Source: Acidimicrobiales bacterium (GTDB lineage Bacteria; Actinomycetota; Acidimicrobiia; Acidimicrobiales; Bog-793). Taken from it: a DNA stretch of 64,000 bases. Shown here piece by piece: positions 31,122 through 41,010 of this stretch. Location: the NCBI GenBank assembly GCA_035294085.1, contig DATGLP010000024.1:1061-65060 (forward strand), read 5' to 3'. The notes beneath the pieces were generated by a model. It searched no databases, was not told the DNA's origin, and worked only from the letters and a program-made list of their open reading frames with translations. Positions within the stretch are counted from its first letter, which is position 1, and every line of letters starts with the position of its first letter. The position numbers and the translations under genes were made by a program.

Positions 31122-31846
31122 GCGGGCGGGTGGTGCTCGTGACCGGCGGGTCGCGCGGCATCGGACTGGCCTGCGCGCGCCGGTTCCAGCGAGCCGGGGA
31201 GCGCGTCGCCGTCACCTATCGCTCGGAGCCCCCCAAGCCCCTCGACGACGCCGACCACGCGCCGCTGCTGGCGCTCGCCTGCGACGTCACCTCCCCCGCC
31301 GACGTCGAGCAGGCCTTCGCGGCGGTCGAGGCGGCGCTCGGCCCCGTCGAGGTCCTCGTGTGCTCGGCCGGGATCACCGACGACGGCCTGCTGCTCAAGA
31401 TGAGCGAGGAGCGCTGGGCCGCGGTGCTCGAGACGAACCTGACCGCCTGCTACCGGACGGTGAAGCGGGCCCTGCCCGGGATGCTGCGCGCCCGGCACGG
31501 GCGCATCGTCCTCGTCTCGTCCGTCGTCGCGCTGACGGGCAACGCGGGTCAGACGAACTACGCAGCAGCCAAGGCGGGCCTGATCGGCTTCGGACGCTCC
31601 CTCGCGCGCGAGGTCGCCGCCCGGGGCGTGACCGTGAACCTCGTGGCCCCCGGCCTGATCGACACCGACATGCTCGCCGCCGCCGGCCCCGAGCGCGTCG
31701 AGGCGCTCGCCGGCGCCGTGCCACTCGGTAGGATCGGCACCCCAGACGAGGTCGCCGCCTGCGTCGAGTTCCTCGCCTCGGCCGGCGCCTCCTACGTCAC
31801 CGGCGCGATCCTCGCCGTCGACGGCGGCCTCGGGATGGGAAACTGA
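31118..31846 (+). CDS. fabG: 3-oxoacyl-ACP reductase
   Basis: SDR: VTGGSRGIG, NAG, YAAAKAG. TTG 31118 overlaps the fabH TGA (TTGA). Alternative GTG at 31130. Confidence 0.9.
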   Translation: MSGRVVLVTGGSRGIGLACARRFQRAGERVAVTYRSEPPKPLDDADHAPLLALACDVTSPADVEQAFAAVEAALGPVEVLVCSAGITDDGLLLKMSEERWAAVLETNLTACYRTVKRALPGMLRARHGRIVLVSSVVALTGNAGQTNYAAAKAGLIGFGRSLAREVAARGVTVNLVAPGLIDTDMLAAAGPERVEALAGAVPLGRIGTPDEVAACVEFLASAGASYVTGAILAVDGGLGMGN

Positions 31847-31893
31847 CGGCACGCTCGAGCGGCGGGTCCTCTTCACACGACAAGGGAGAACAG

Positions 31894-32133
31894 GTGGCAG
31901 ACGACGCAACCTTCGAGAAGTTCAAGGCCTGTGCCGTCGAGGTGCTACAGGTCCCCGCGGACAAGGTCGTCCCGGAGGCTCGCTTCGCCGAGGACCTCGA
32001 CGCCGACAGCCTCGACCTCGTCGAGTTCGTCATGGCGCTCGAGGAGGCCTTCGACATCACCGTCGACGAGTCCGAGCTGGACGGGGTGGAGACGGTCGGC
32101 CAGGCCTTCGAGCTGGTGTCCGCCAAGCTCTGA
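31894..32133 (+). CDS. acpP: acyl carrier protein
   Basis: 79 aa with LDADSLDLVE phosphopantetheine site. AAGGGAG upstream of GTG 31894. Confidence 0.95.
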   Translation: MADDATFEKFKACAVEVLQVPADKVVPEARFAEDLDADSLDLVEFVMALEEAFDITVDESELDGVETVGQAFELVSAKL

Positions 32134-33335
32134 TGAGCCCCGCACCGGCCAGGCGCCGGGTCGTCGTCACCGGGCTCGGGCCGGTGGCCTGCTGCGGGAT
32201 CGGCAAGGATGCCTTCTTCGCCGGGCTGTTCGGCGCGCCCGGGCCCGGCGAGCGCCGGGTGGAGGACTTCGATCCGGCGCGCTACTTCGACCCGAAGGAG
32301 CTGCGCCAGACGGACCGCTTCGCCCAGTTCTCCCTCGCCGCCGCCGCGATCGCCATCGACGACGCGGGGGGTCTGGCCGGCGACCCGCAGCGCTGCGGCG
32401 TCATCTTCGGGACCGGCGTCGGCGGCCTCCAGACGCTCCAGGAGCAGATCCTCCTGCTCGGCGAGAAGGGCCCCCGCCGGGTCTCGCCGCGCCTCGTCCC
32501 GATGATCATGGGCAACGCCGGGGCGGCGGCCATCTCGATGCGCTTCGGGCTGCGGGGCCCGTGCGAGACCGTCGTCACGGCCTGCGCCGCCGGCACTCAC
32601 GCCATCGGCTACGGCTTCCGGCTCGTCACCGACGGTCGCTGCGACGTCGTCGTCGCGGGCGGCGCCGAGGCGGCGATCTCCGAGGCCGGCGGCCTGCCGC
32701 CGATCGGCATCGCTGCCTTCGCCAACATGACGGCGCTGTCGACGACCGGTGAGTCCCGCCCCTTCGACGTGCGGCGCGACGGCTTCGTCATCGCCGAGGG
32801 TGGCGCGGCCGTCGTCCTCGAGGAGCTCGAGCACGCGCGCCGCCGCGGGGCGCGCGTCTACGCCGAGCTCCTCGGTGCCGCCTCGACGGCGGACGCCCAC
32901 CACATCACCGCCCCCGCCCCCGGCGGCGCCGGTGCCGTCGCGTGCATGGAGCTCGCGCTCGAGGACGCCGGCCTGCGACCCTCGGACATCGCCCACATCA
33001 ACGCGCACGGCACCTCCACGCCGCTCAACGACCTCGCCGAGGCCGAGGCGATCGAGAAGGTGTTCGGGCGCCCGTCGCCACCGGTGACCTCGATCAAGGG
33101 GGTCACCGGGCACGCGCTCGGCGCCGCCGGCGCGCTCGAGGCGGTCGCGGCGGTCCTCACGATCGAGCGTGGCGTCATCCCGCCGACGGTGGGACTCGAG
33201 CAGCTCGACCCGGCGATCCACCTCGACGTCGTCACCGGCGAGGGCCGGTCCTTCACCCCGGGACCCGTGCTCTCCAACAGCCTCGGCTTCGGCGGGCACA
33301 ACGGCTGTCTCGTGCTCGCGCCGCCGCCCGCCTAG
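32133..33335 (+). CDS. fabF: 3-oxoacyl-ACP synthase II
   Basis: TACAAG Cys, two His (HITAP, NAHGTST), GFGGHN. ATG overlaps the acpP TGA. Confidence 0.95.
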   Translation: MSPAPARRRVVVTGLGPVACCGIGKDAFFAGLFGAPGPGERRVEDFDPARYFDPKELRQTDRFAQFSLAAAAIAIDDAGGLAGDPQRCGVIFGTGVGGLQTLQEQILLLGEKGPRRVSPRLVPMIMGNAGAAAISMRFGLRGPCETVVTACAAGTHAIGYGFRLVTDGRCDVVVAGGAEAAISEAGGLPPIGIAAFANMTALSTTGESRPFDVRRDGFVIAEGGAAVVLEELEHARRRGARVYAELLGAASTADAHHITAPAPGGAGAVACMELALEDAGLRPSDIAHINAHGTSTPLNDLAEAEAIEKVFGRPSPPVTSIKGVTGHALGAAGALEAVAAVLTIERGVIPPTVGLEQLDPAIHLDVVTGEGRSFTPGPVLSNSLGFGGHNGCLVLAPPPA

Positions 33336-33337
33336 AG

Positions 33338-34921
33338 GTGGCGGCGGCGCCCTCCGACCTCTCCCTCGGGGCGTTCAGCGAGGCTGCCCCGTGGCGCGTC
33401 GACCTCGACGACCTGCCGTGGCGCACCGGCCTGTCCCTCGTGCGCCAGCGCACCCGCGAGGAGGTTCCCGCGCTCACGCGGCGGCGGCGGCTGCCGCCGT
33501 GGCGGCGGATCCTCGTCGTCAGCTGGAGGATCGGCCGGGCGCTCGCGCTGTGGTGGGCTCTCGAGCGCCGCCGCAGCCGGCGGGCGTCGCGCGCCGGGCT
33601 CTCGCACCGCCTGCGCATCGCCTTCCAGGCGCTCGGCCCGACGTACATCAAGCTCGGCCAGATCCTCTCCTCCGGCGAGGGGATCTTCCCGCCCGAGCTC
33701 GTCGGCGAGTTCAAGCTCCTGCGCGACCGGGTCCCCGCCGAGCGCTTCGAGGACGTCGAGCGGATCATCGAATCCGAGCTCGGCCGCCCGATCCACGAGG
33801 TCTTCGCCGAGATCGAGGAGCGGCCGGTGGCCGCCGCCTCCATCGCCCAGGTCCACCGCGCCCGCCTCGTCACGGGCGAGCCGGTCGTCGTGAAGGTGCA
33901 GCGGCCGAGAGTCGCCGAGCTCGTCCGTCACGACCTCGCCGTCATGAGCTACCTCGCCCCGCACCTCGTCGGGCGCATACCCGTCGCCGTGCTCGCCAAC
34001 CCCCCCGCGCTCATCGAGCTGTTCGCCGAGACGATCGTCGAGGAGCTCGACTTCCGACTCGAGGCCGAGAGCATGCTCGACATCGCGCGCATCCTCGCTG
34101 CGACGGGCCAGCGGGCGATCGTCGTCCCCCGCCCCCACCCGCGCCTCGTCACCCCTCGCGTGCTCGTCATGGAGCGCCTCGACGGCTTCGCCTGGGACGA
34201 CGTCGAGGGGATGCGAGCGGCGGGCATCAAGACGGAGGAGGTCCTGCGCGCCGGCGTCGTCTCCTTCCTCGAGGGCGCCATGCTCTACGGCGTCTTCCAC
34301 GGCGACCTGCACGGCGGGAACCTCTTCGTCCTGCCCGACGGGCGCGTCGCGCTCCTCGACTTCGGCATCACCGGCCGCCTCGACGAGCCACGGCGGCTCG
34401 CGTTCCTCCGCCTCGTCATGGCCGGCACGCTGAACGACGTGCGCAGCCAGGTCGAGGCGCTCATCGAGCTCGGCGCGCTGCGCGCGGACGCCGACATCGA
34501 CCAGGTCATCGAGGACCTCGACCTCGCCGCGCCACCCGAGGACGTCGTCGAGATGACCGCCGAGGAGCTCACCGCACAGCTCCGCGAGCTGACGCGCAAG
34601 CTCCTCGCCTACGGCGCGCGCATGCCGAAGGAGCTCATGCTCTTCGTGAAGAACATCCTCTTCCTCGACGGCGCGGTCGCCGCCTTCGCACCCGACGTCG
34701 ACCTGCTCGGCGAGATCGCGGGCATCGCCTCGTACTTCGCGGCCCGCCACGGGGGGCGCATCGCCGACGAGATCGGCATCGACCCGCGCCGCACCCCCCT
34801 CGACCTCGACCGGGTGCGCGCCTCGCTCGGCGTCGGTGCCGGCACCGAACACCTGAGCTACCGCGAGCTGCAGCGCCGGCGCGCCGCGCTGCGGGAGAAG
34901 TTCGAACGGCGCGACACCTGA
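33338..34921 (+). CDS. ABC1/UbiB-family atypical kinase
   Basis: LGPTYIKLGQILSS, AAASIAQVHRA, HGDLHGGN, DFG motifs. GTG 33338 lies 2 nt after the fabF TAG. Confidence 0.85.
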   Translation: MAAAPSDLSLGAFSEAAPWRVDLDDLPWRTGLSLVRQRTREEVPALTRRRRLPPWRRILVVSWRIGRALALWWALERRRSRRASRAGLSHRLRIAFQALGPTYIKLGQILSSGEGIFPPELVGEFKLLRDRVPAERFEDVERIIESELGRPIHEVFAEIEERPVAAASIAQVHRARLVTGEPVVVKVQRPRVAELVRHDLAVMSYLAPHLVGRIPVAVLANPPALIELFAETIVEELDFRLEAESMLDIARILAATGQRAIVVPRPHPRLVTPRVLVMERLDGFAWDDVEGMRAAGIKTEEVLRAGVVSFLEGAMLYGVFHGDLHGGNLFVLPDGRVALLDFGITGRLDEPRRLAFLRLVMAGTLNDVRSQVEALIELGALRADADIDQVIEDLDLAAPPEDVVEMTAEELTAQLRELTRKLLAYGARMPKELMLFVKNILFLDGAVAAFAPDVDLLGEIAGIASYFAARHGGRIADEIGIDPRRTPLDLDRVRASLGVGAGTEHLSYRELQRRRAALREKFERRDT

Positions 34922-34936
34922 CCCGCCACGTACATG

Positions 34937-34964
34937 CTTGCCAGCAGGCAAGTAGTGCTACACT
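34937..34964 (+). promoter_or_regulatory. putative marR promoter with palindromic operator
   Basis: Perfect inverted repeat CTTGCC-AGCA-GGCAAG (34937-52) overlaps a TTGCCA -35-like box. TACACT (34959-64) ends 6 nt before GTG 34971, so the mRNA may be leaderless. Confidence 0.45.
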
Positions 34965-34970
34965 GATCCC

Positions 34971-35423
34971 GTGGAGGTGCTCGACGTCGAGGTGCGGGAC
35001 CTCGCATCGCGCGTGCGGGAGGTCGTGGCGCGCCTGAACCGGCGCCTCCGGCCGACGCGCGCGGGCGCCGGGCTGTCGCCGACCGAGCGCACCGTGCTCG
35101 GCTCGGTGAGCAAGTCCGGCCCCGTGTGCCTGTCCGAGCTCGCCGCCGCCGAGGACCTCAACCCGACGATGCTCTCGCGCGTCGCCGCGGCGCTCGAGCG
35201 CCAGGGGCTCGTCTCGCGCACCCAGGACCCCGAGGACAAGCGCTCCTACCTCCTCGACGCCACGCCCTCCGGCCGCCGCCTGCTCGACAAGATGCGCTCC
35301 GAGCGCAACGACGCTCTCGCGGCCAGGCTGGCACAGCTCGGACCGCGCCAGCGCGCCCGCCTCCTCGACGCCCTCCCGGTGCTCGAGACCCTCGCCGAAG
35401 CGCTGAAGGACCGGCGCCCGTGA
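34971..35423 (+). CDS. MarR-family transcriptional regulator
   Basis: 150 aa with a winged HTH (LSPTERTVLGSV...LSELAAAEDLNPTMLSRVAAALERQGLV...DPEDKR). Confidence 0.9.
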   Translation: MEVLDVEVRDLASRVREVVARLNRRLRPTRAGAGLSPTERTVLGSVSKSGPVCLSELAAAEDLNPTMLSRVAAALERQGLVSRTQDPEDKRSYLLDATPSGRRLLDKMRSERNDALAARLAQLGPRQRARLLDALPVLETLAEALKDRRP

Positions 35424-36691
35424 GCGTCGCCGCAGCGGCGCGCCGCACCTTCTCCTCCCTCGCCGTCGCGAACTACCGCCGCTTCTTCGCCGGCCAGGCC
35501 ATCTCCCTCGTCGGCACCTGGATGCAGACGACCGCCCAGGCATGGCTCGTGCTCGGCCTCACGCACTCGGCGAGCGACCTCGGCCTCGTCGTCGCGCTGC
35601 AGAGCCTCCCGGTCCTCCTCCTCGGCGCCTACGGCGGCGTCGTCGCGGATCGCCTGGACAAGCGCCGCCTCATGATCGCGCTGCAGAGCCTCATGGGCCT
35701 CCAGGCGCTCGCGCTCGGCGCGCTCACCTTGACCCGGGCGGTCCGCTTCCCCGAGATCTGCCTCCTCGCCGTCGTCCTCGGGCTCAACAACGCCTTCGAG
35801 AACCCGTCGCGCCAGGCGTTCGTCCTCGAGATGGTCGGGCGCGACGACCTGCGCAACGCGGTCAGCCTGAACTCGACGCTCATGAACGCGACGCGCACGG
35901 TCGGTCCGGCCCTCGCCGGCATCCTCATCGCGACGGTCGGGGTCGGCTGGTGCTTCGTCCTCAACGCGGTGAGCTTCGTCGCCGTCGTCGCCTCGCTCGC
36001 CTCGATGGACCAGCACGCCCTCTCGCCGAGCCCGCCGACGCTACGCGAGCGGGGGCAGCTCCGGGAGGGCCTGCGCTACGCGCGCCACAGCCCGCTCCTC
36101 GCCGTCCCGCTCCTCATGATGGCCCTCATCGGCACGCTCACCTTCGAGTTCCAGGTCACCCTGCCCGTCGCCGCGCAGCGGGTCTTCCACGGGGGCGCCG
36201 AGACCTACGGCCTCATGACGTCCCTCCTCGGCCTCGGCGCGGCGATCGGCGGCCTCGCCGTCGCGACTCGCGGGCGCACCGGCCTGCGCCCCATCGTCCT
36301 CGGGGCGGCCGGGTTCGGTGCCGCGATGGCGTTCGCCGCGCTCGCGCCGTCGCTGCCCGCCGAGCTCGCCGCGCTCGCGTGCGCCGGCTTCATGAGCGTC
36401 GCCTTCAGCGCGACCGGGAACTCGACGGTCCAGCTCGCCGCCGAGCCGACCAAGCGCGGCCGGATCATGGCGCTGTGGTCCATGGCCATGGTCGGCTCGA
36501 CGCCGATCGGCGGCCCGCTCGTCGGCTGGATCAGCGGCGCTGCAGGGGCGAGGGCAGGACTCGGCGTCGGCGCCGCGGCCTGCGTCGCCGCCGCCGCGAT
36601 CGGCTACGGCGCGATGCAGCGAGCCGCCCGGCCGCGGGCCGGGGCGACCCGCTCGACGTGCCCAGCACCGCAGGTCGCCGCCTCGAGCTGA
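35420..36691 (+). CDS. MFS transporter (EntS/MFS_3-like)
   Basis: About 12 TM helices and an ADRLDKRR loop motif. GTG 35420 overlaps the marR TGA (GTGA). Confidence 0.85.
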   Translation: MSVAAAARRTFSSLAVANYRRFFAGQAISLVGTWMQTTAQAWLVLGLTHSASDLGLVVALQSLPVLLLGAYGGVVADRLDKRRLMIALQSLMGLQALALGALTLTRAVRFPEICLLAVVLGLNNAFENPSRQAFVLEMVGRDDLRNAVSLNSTLMNATRTVGPALAGILIATVGVGWCFVLNAVSFVAVVASLASMDQHALSPSPPTLRERGQLREGLRYARHSPLLAVPLLMMALIGTLTFEFQVTLPVAAQRVFHGGAETYGLMTSLLGLGAAIGGLAVATRGRTGLRPIVLGAAGFGAAMAFAALAPSLPAELAALACAGFMSVAFSATGNSTVQLAAEPTKRGRIMALWSMAMVGSTPIGGPLVGWISGAAGARAGLGVGAAACVAAAAIGYGAMQRAARPRAGATRSTCPAPQVAASS

Positions 36692-36856
36692 CGTCCTCGG
36701 CCGAGCGCCGCCCCGGCCACCTGCCCGAGGCGCGCGACCGCGTCCCGGCGCCGCCCGGTGCGCCGAGGACCGTGACAGGTGCGCGCTAGCCTCCGGGCGC
36801 ATCGGAGGCGGCGAGCGGCCGCCTCCCTCGAGCGCCCATCGAGGGAGGAGCTGCCC

Positions 36857-37213
36857 GTGCGCCCACCGAACGACCTGCGAGCCGTTGCGATCCTGCTCGA
36901 CGCCCTGCCCGAGCTGCGGCCCGTCGTCCGCTCCCTCGCCGCCGAGCTCGACGACGACCTCACCGCCGAGAGCGTGCTCGCCGAGCTCGCGCAGCTCGTC
37001 GGCCTCCTCCTCGACGCTCGTGACGAGGAGCGGCTCGAGGCCGTCTGCGCCGCGCTCGAGGCCCTCGCGACGACGCCGGACGTCGGGGCCGAGGAGCTCA
37101 TCGGCTACGGCTTCTTCCTCGCCCTCGACGGAGACGTCATCGAGGGCCTCGACGCCTACCTCGGCCCGGCGAGCGCTCGCATCCTCGCGGCCCTCGAAGC
37201 CGGCGAGTGGTGA
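36857..37213 (+). CDS. acidic hypothetical protein
   Basis: GTG 36857 lies 7 nt after GAGGGAGGAG. 118 aa, helical and acidic. No family recognised. Confidence 0.5.
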   Translation: MRPPNDLRAVAILLDALPELRPVVRSLAAELDDDLTAESVLAELAQLVGLLLDARDEERLEAVCAALEALATTPDVGAEELIGYGFFLALDGDVIEGLDAYLGPASARILAALEAGEW

Positions 37214-37418
37214 GCCGAGGACCGCGCTCCCCCGCTCGGTCCGCCGAGCGACGCCTCCGCGACGCTCGGGGGCGCCTCGACGCCGGGAGCGGGCGCAGCG
37301 ACGCGCCGGCGTCGGGACCGGATCGCTCGCCCCGCCCGCTCGCGCGCCTCGGCGAGCACAGCATCGCCGGCGTCGCCGCGACCGCGCGCGACGGGAGACC
37401 GCCCGAGGCGGCGCGGGG

Positions 37419-39908
37419 TCAGGCTCGCAGCCGCGCGCCGAGCGCCGACCCGGCCGCGCCGACCGCCCGCTCGCGCACCTCGGCGATCTCGGCGTCCGTG
37501 AGGGTGCGGTCCGGGGCGCGCAGCCGCAGGCGGAAGGCGAGGCTGCGCGCGCCGGTCGGCAGTCCAGGGCCGCGGTAGACGTCGAGGAGGGTGAGCGACT
37601 CGCACCACGCGCCGGCCGCCTGCGCCAGCACGGCCTCGAGCTCGGCCGCTGGCACCGCGTCGTCGAGCGTGAAGGCGAGGTCGACGTCGCTCGCCGGGAA
37701 GCGGCTCACCGGCCGGACCACCGGGGACCGGCGCCCGAGGGCGAGGAGGGCGTCCACGTCGAGCGCGAGCCAGCCGACGCGGCGACCGGCGAGGTCGAAG
37801 GCCGCGAGGACGTCCGGGCGCACCTCGCCCACCACACCGAACGCCGACCCGGCGCCGTCGCGCAGCGCCGCGGTGCGCGGCAGGTGGCAGCCGAGCGCGA
37901 GCGGGAGCGACGCCACGTCCTCGCCCTGGGCGAGGCGGACCGAGGCGGGATCGATCGCCAGCCCCTCCGCGAGGAAGCGCCACAGGCTGACCGCGCCGGT
38001 GGCGTCGTCGCCGCGGCGCGCCAGCAGGACGCCGAGGTGCTCACGCTCGTCGGGCCGACCCGACGCATCGGCGCCGGGGCGAAAGACGCGGCCGAGCTCG
38101 AACAGGCGCAGCTCGGGGTTGCCGTAGGCGGCGTTGTGGCGCAGCGCGCCGAGGAGGCCGGGCAGCAGGTGGGTGCGCAGCGCCGACTCCTCCCGCACGA
38201 GGGGGTTGGCGATCGCGACGGCGCTCACGGGCACGCCGAGGCGGCCGGCCGCTGCCGGATCGACGATCGAGCTCGTCCAGGCCTCGTGGCAGCCCGTCCC
38301 CGCCAGCAGGCGCCGCAGCGCCCGCCGGCGAAGCTGGTGCTCCGTGAGGCGCCCGACGTACGGCGAGCGCCGCTGGCGCGGCGCGATGCGCTCGTAGCCG
38401 AGGTGCCGGGCGACCTCCTCGACGACGTCGACCTCGCGTGTCGTGTCCGGCCGGAAGGAGGGCACCTCGACGAGGAGGTCCTCGCCGGCCGGGACGCTCG
38501 AGAAGCCGATCGGGGCGAGCAGCGCGGCGACCTCGTCGCGCCGCAGGGACGTCCCGAGGAGACTGTTGCACCGCCCGACGCGAAGGAGCACCCGCCGCGG
38601 CTCGGCAGGAGGCGCGACGCGCACGTCGAGGCGGCCGCTCGCGACGGCGAAGCCGGCCACCGGTGCGCCCGCCATCGCCTCGGCGACGAGCTCGCAGACC
38701 CGGTCGGCGGCGCGCACGAGCCCCTCGGGGTCGATGCCCCGCCAGAAGCGGACGGACGCCTCGCTGCGCAGCCCGTGGCGCTGTGCCGACCGGCCGACGA
38801 CGATCGGGTCGAAGTCCGCCACCTCGAGCAGGACGCGCCGGGTCCCCTCGCCGATCTCGCTCGAGGCCCCGCCGAGCACCCCCGCGAGCCCGACGGGGTG
38901 GCCCTCGGCGTCGGCGATCACGAGGTCGCCCGCCGTGGCGGGGTCGTCCCCCCCGGCGACGAGGGCGCGCTCGACGCCGTCGAGGGTGACGAGGCGCTCG
39001 CCGGGTTGGGCGAAGCGAACCTCGATCCCCGCGCCTTCGAGGCGGTCGAGGTCGTAGGGGTGCGTCGGCTGGCCGAGCTCGAGCATGACGTAGTTCGAGG
39101 CATCGACGACGGCGTTGATCGGGCGCATCCCGGCGAGCGCCAGGCGCCGCTGCACCTTGGGCGGCGAGGCGAGCGCGACGACCCCCTCGAGCACGCGCAC
39201 GACGAGGCGCCGGCAGCCGGCGCCGGCGAGGACGCGCGCCGTCGCCAGCGAGGCGACCGGCGGTCCGCTCGCGGCGACCGTGGGCTCGGGCAGGACGAAG
39301 GGGAGGCCGAGGCGGGCAGCGAGGTCGCGCGCGACGCCGACGATGCTCAGCGCGTCGGGCCGGTTCGGCTCGACGGCGATGTCGAGCACCACGTCTCGCC
39401 CCACACCGAGGTGCTCGGCGAGGCTCGTTCCCGGCTGCAGCCCAGGCGGCAGCGGTGCTCGCTCCGAGCCGGGCGAGGCCACGACGAAGAGCCCCGCCGC
39501 ATCGTCGCCGAGGCCGAGCTCGCGCGCCGAGCAGAGCATCCCCCGCGATTTCGCCCCCCGCAGGGTCCGCTCCTCGATCCGGAGGCCGTTCGGCAGCACG
39601 GTACCGACCGGTGCGAGCGGGACGACGTCGCCCACCGAGAAGTTCCACGCGCCGCAGACGATCTCGAGCGGCTCGGGCTTGCCGGCGTCGACGAGGACGC
39701 GCCGGATCCGGTCGGCGCCGGCGATCGGGGCGATCTCGAGCACGCGAGCCAGGACCACCTGCTCGAGGCCTTCGCCCACCTCGGTGACCTCCTCGACCAC
39801 GAGGCCGAGCGAGTCGAGCGCGCGCACGAGCTCGGCGACCTCCTCGGGCCGGCGCGGGTCGGTCGCGAGGGGCGTGAAGTCCTTGAGCCAGGAGAGCGGG
39901 ACGCGCAC
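37419..39908 (-). CDS. pheT: phenylalanine--tRNA ligase beta subunit
   Basis: MRVPLSWLKDF start, tRNA-binding OB (ADRIRRVLVDAG...IVCGAWNF), B3/4, B5 and FDX-ACB regions. Confidence 0.95.
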   Translation of the reverse strand: MRVPLSWLKDFTPLATDPRRPEEVAELVRALDSLGLVVEEVTEVGEGLEQVVLARVLEIAPIAGADRIRRVLVDAGKPEPLEIVCGAWNFSVGDVVPLAPVGTVLPNGLRIEERTLRGAKSRGMLCSARELGLGDDAAGLFVVASPGSERAPLPPGLQPGTSLAEHLGVGRDVVLDIAVEPNRPDALSIVGVARDLAARLGLPFVLPEPTVAASGPPVASLATARVLAGAGCRRLVVRVLEGVVALASPPKVQRRLALAGMRPINAVVDASNYVMLELGQPTHPYDLDRLEGAGIEVRFAQPGERLVTLDGVERALVAGGDDPATAGDLVIADAEGHPVGLAGVLGGASSEIGEGTRRVLLEVADFDPIVVGRSAQRHGLRSEASVRFWRGIDPEGLVRAADRVCELVAEAMAGAPVAGFAVASGRLDVRVAPPAEPRRVLLRVGRCNSLLGTSLRRDEVAALLAPIGFSSVPAGEDLLVEVPSFRPDTTREVDVVEEVARHLGYERIAPRQRRSPYVGRLTEHQLRRRALRRLLAGTGCHEAWTSSIVDPAAAGRLGVPVSAVAIANPLVREESALRTHLLPGLLGALRHNAAYGNPELRLFELGRVFRPGADASGRPDEREHLGVLLARRGDDATGAVSLWRFLAEGLAIDPASVRLAQGEDVASLPLALGCHLPRTAALRDGAGSAFGVVGEVRPDVLAAFDLAGRRVGWLALDVDALLALGRRSPVVRPVSRFPASDVDLAFTLDDAVPAAELEAVLAQAAGAWCESLTLLDVYRGPGLPTGARSLAFRLRLRAPDRTLTDAEIAEVRERAVGAAGSALGARLRA

Positions 39909-39930
39909 GTGTGTCCTCGGAGCCGCCGAC

Positions 39931-41010
39931 CTAGAACTGAGCGAGGAAGCGCACGTCGTTTTCGATCAGGCTGCGCAGGTCGGCGATCTCGTGGCGCATG
40001 GCGGCGAGCCGGTCGATGCCGAAGCCGAACGCGAAGCCGGACCACGCCTCGGGGTCCACGCCGGTCGCCTCGAAGACCGCCGGGTGCACCATGCCGCAGC
40101 CGCCGAGCTCGATCCAGCCGGTCTGGCCGCACGTTCGACAGCCCGTGCCGCGACAGATCGCGCAGGACACCTCGAACTCGGCGGAGGGCTCCGTGAACGG
40201 GAAGTAGGCCGGGCGCAGCCGCGCCGCCACGTCGGTGCCGAAGATCGCCTTGACGAACGTGTCGATCGTCCCGGCCAGGTCGGCGAAGCTCACCCCCGCG
40301 TCGACGACGAGGCCCTCGATCTGGTGGAAGACCGAGAGGTGGCGGGCGTCCGCCGTGTCGCGCCGGTAGACGCGGCCGGGTGCCACCGCGTAGATCGGCA
40401 GCCTGCCGCGCTCGAGCAGGCGGATCTGGACCGGCGAGGTCTGGGAGCGCAGGAGGTACGTCTCGCCGTCGCCGACCGCGAGGTAGAAGCTGTCCTGGAT
40501 CGAGCGGGCAGGGTGGTGGCGCGGCATGTTGAGCGCCGTGAAGTTGTACCAGTCGGTCTCCACCTCGGGGCCCTCGGCGACCTCGTAGCCCATGCCGACG
40601 AAGATGTCCTCGAGCTCCTCGCGCACCTGGTGGACGACGTGGAGGTGGCCGGGCCCGGGGGCGGGGAGGACCTCGGTCAGGTCGAGCCGGTCGGCGCGCT
40701 CGCGCTCGGCTGCCGCCGCGGCCTCGAGCTCGCGCCGGCGCGTCGCCGCCAGCTCGACGAGCAGGCCGCGCGCTCGGTTCAGCGCGTCCCCGGCGGCAGG
40801 CCGCTTCGCCGGCGGGAGGGAGCCGAGGAGGTGCCGCCAGGCGAGGAAGGGCGAGCGCCTGCCGACGAGCTCGGGCTCGAGCCCGTCGAGCTCGGCGAGC
40901 GAGCCGGCCGCGCGCAGCCGGGCGGCAGCGCGCTCGACGTGCGCAGCGAGCTCGCCCTCGCTCGGCAGGCCGCGCGCCTCCGGCTCCTCGAGTCGCGTCA
41001 CGGTGCTCAT
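39931..41010 (-). CDS. pheS: phenylalanine--tRNA ligase alpha subunit
   Basis: Class II aaRS motifs (HPARSIQDSFY, YRRD, GFAFGFGIDRLAM). ATG 41010 overlaps the trmH-like TGA (ATGA). Confidence 0.95.
   Translation of the reverse strand: MSTVTRLEEPEARGLPSEGELAAHVERAAARLRAAGSLAELDGLEPELVGRRSPFLAWRHLLGSLPPAKRPAAGDALNRARGLLVELAATRRRELEAAAAAERERADRLDLTEVLPAPGPGHLHVVHQVREELEDIFVGMGYEVAEGPEVETDWYNFTALNMPRHHPARSIQDSFYLAVGDGETYLLRSQTSPVQIRLLERGRLPIYAVAPGRVYRRDTADARHLSVFHQIEGLVVDAGVSFADLAGTIDTFVKAIFGTDVAARLRPAYFPFTEPSAEFEVSCAICRGTGCRTCGQTGWIELGGCGMVHPAVFEATGVDPEAWSGFAFGFGIDRLAAMRHEIADLRSLIENDVRFLAQF

Noticed and set aside
37214-37418. Inverted repeats (GGACCG...CGGTCC; CGACGCCGG...CCGGCGTCG) in the convergent spacer after pheT
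   Set aside because: Long loops and no U-tract on either strand. They cannot be supported as intrinsic terminators.
36885-40196. 1103-aa plus-strand ORF opposite pheT
   Set aside because: Same high-GC antisense artefact. pheT on the minus strand is clearly real.
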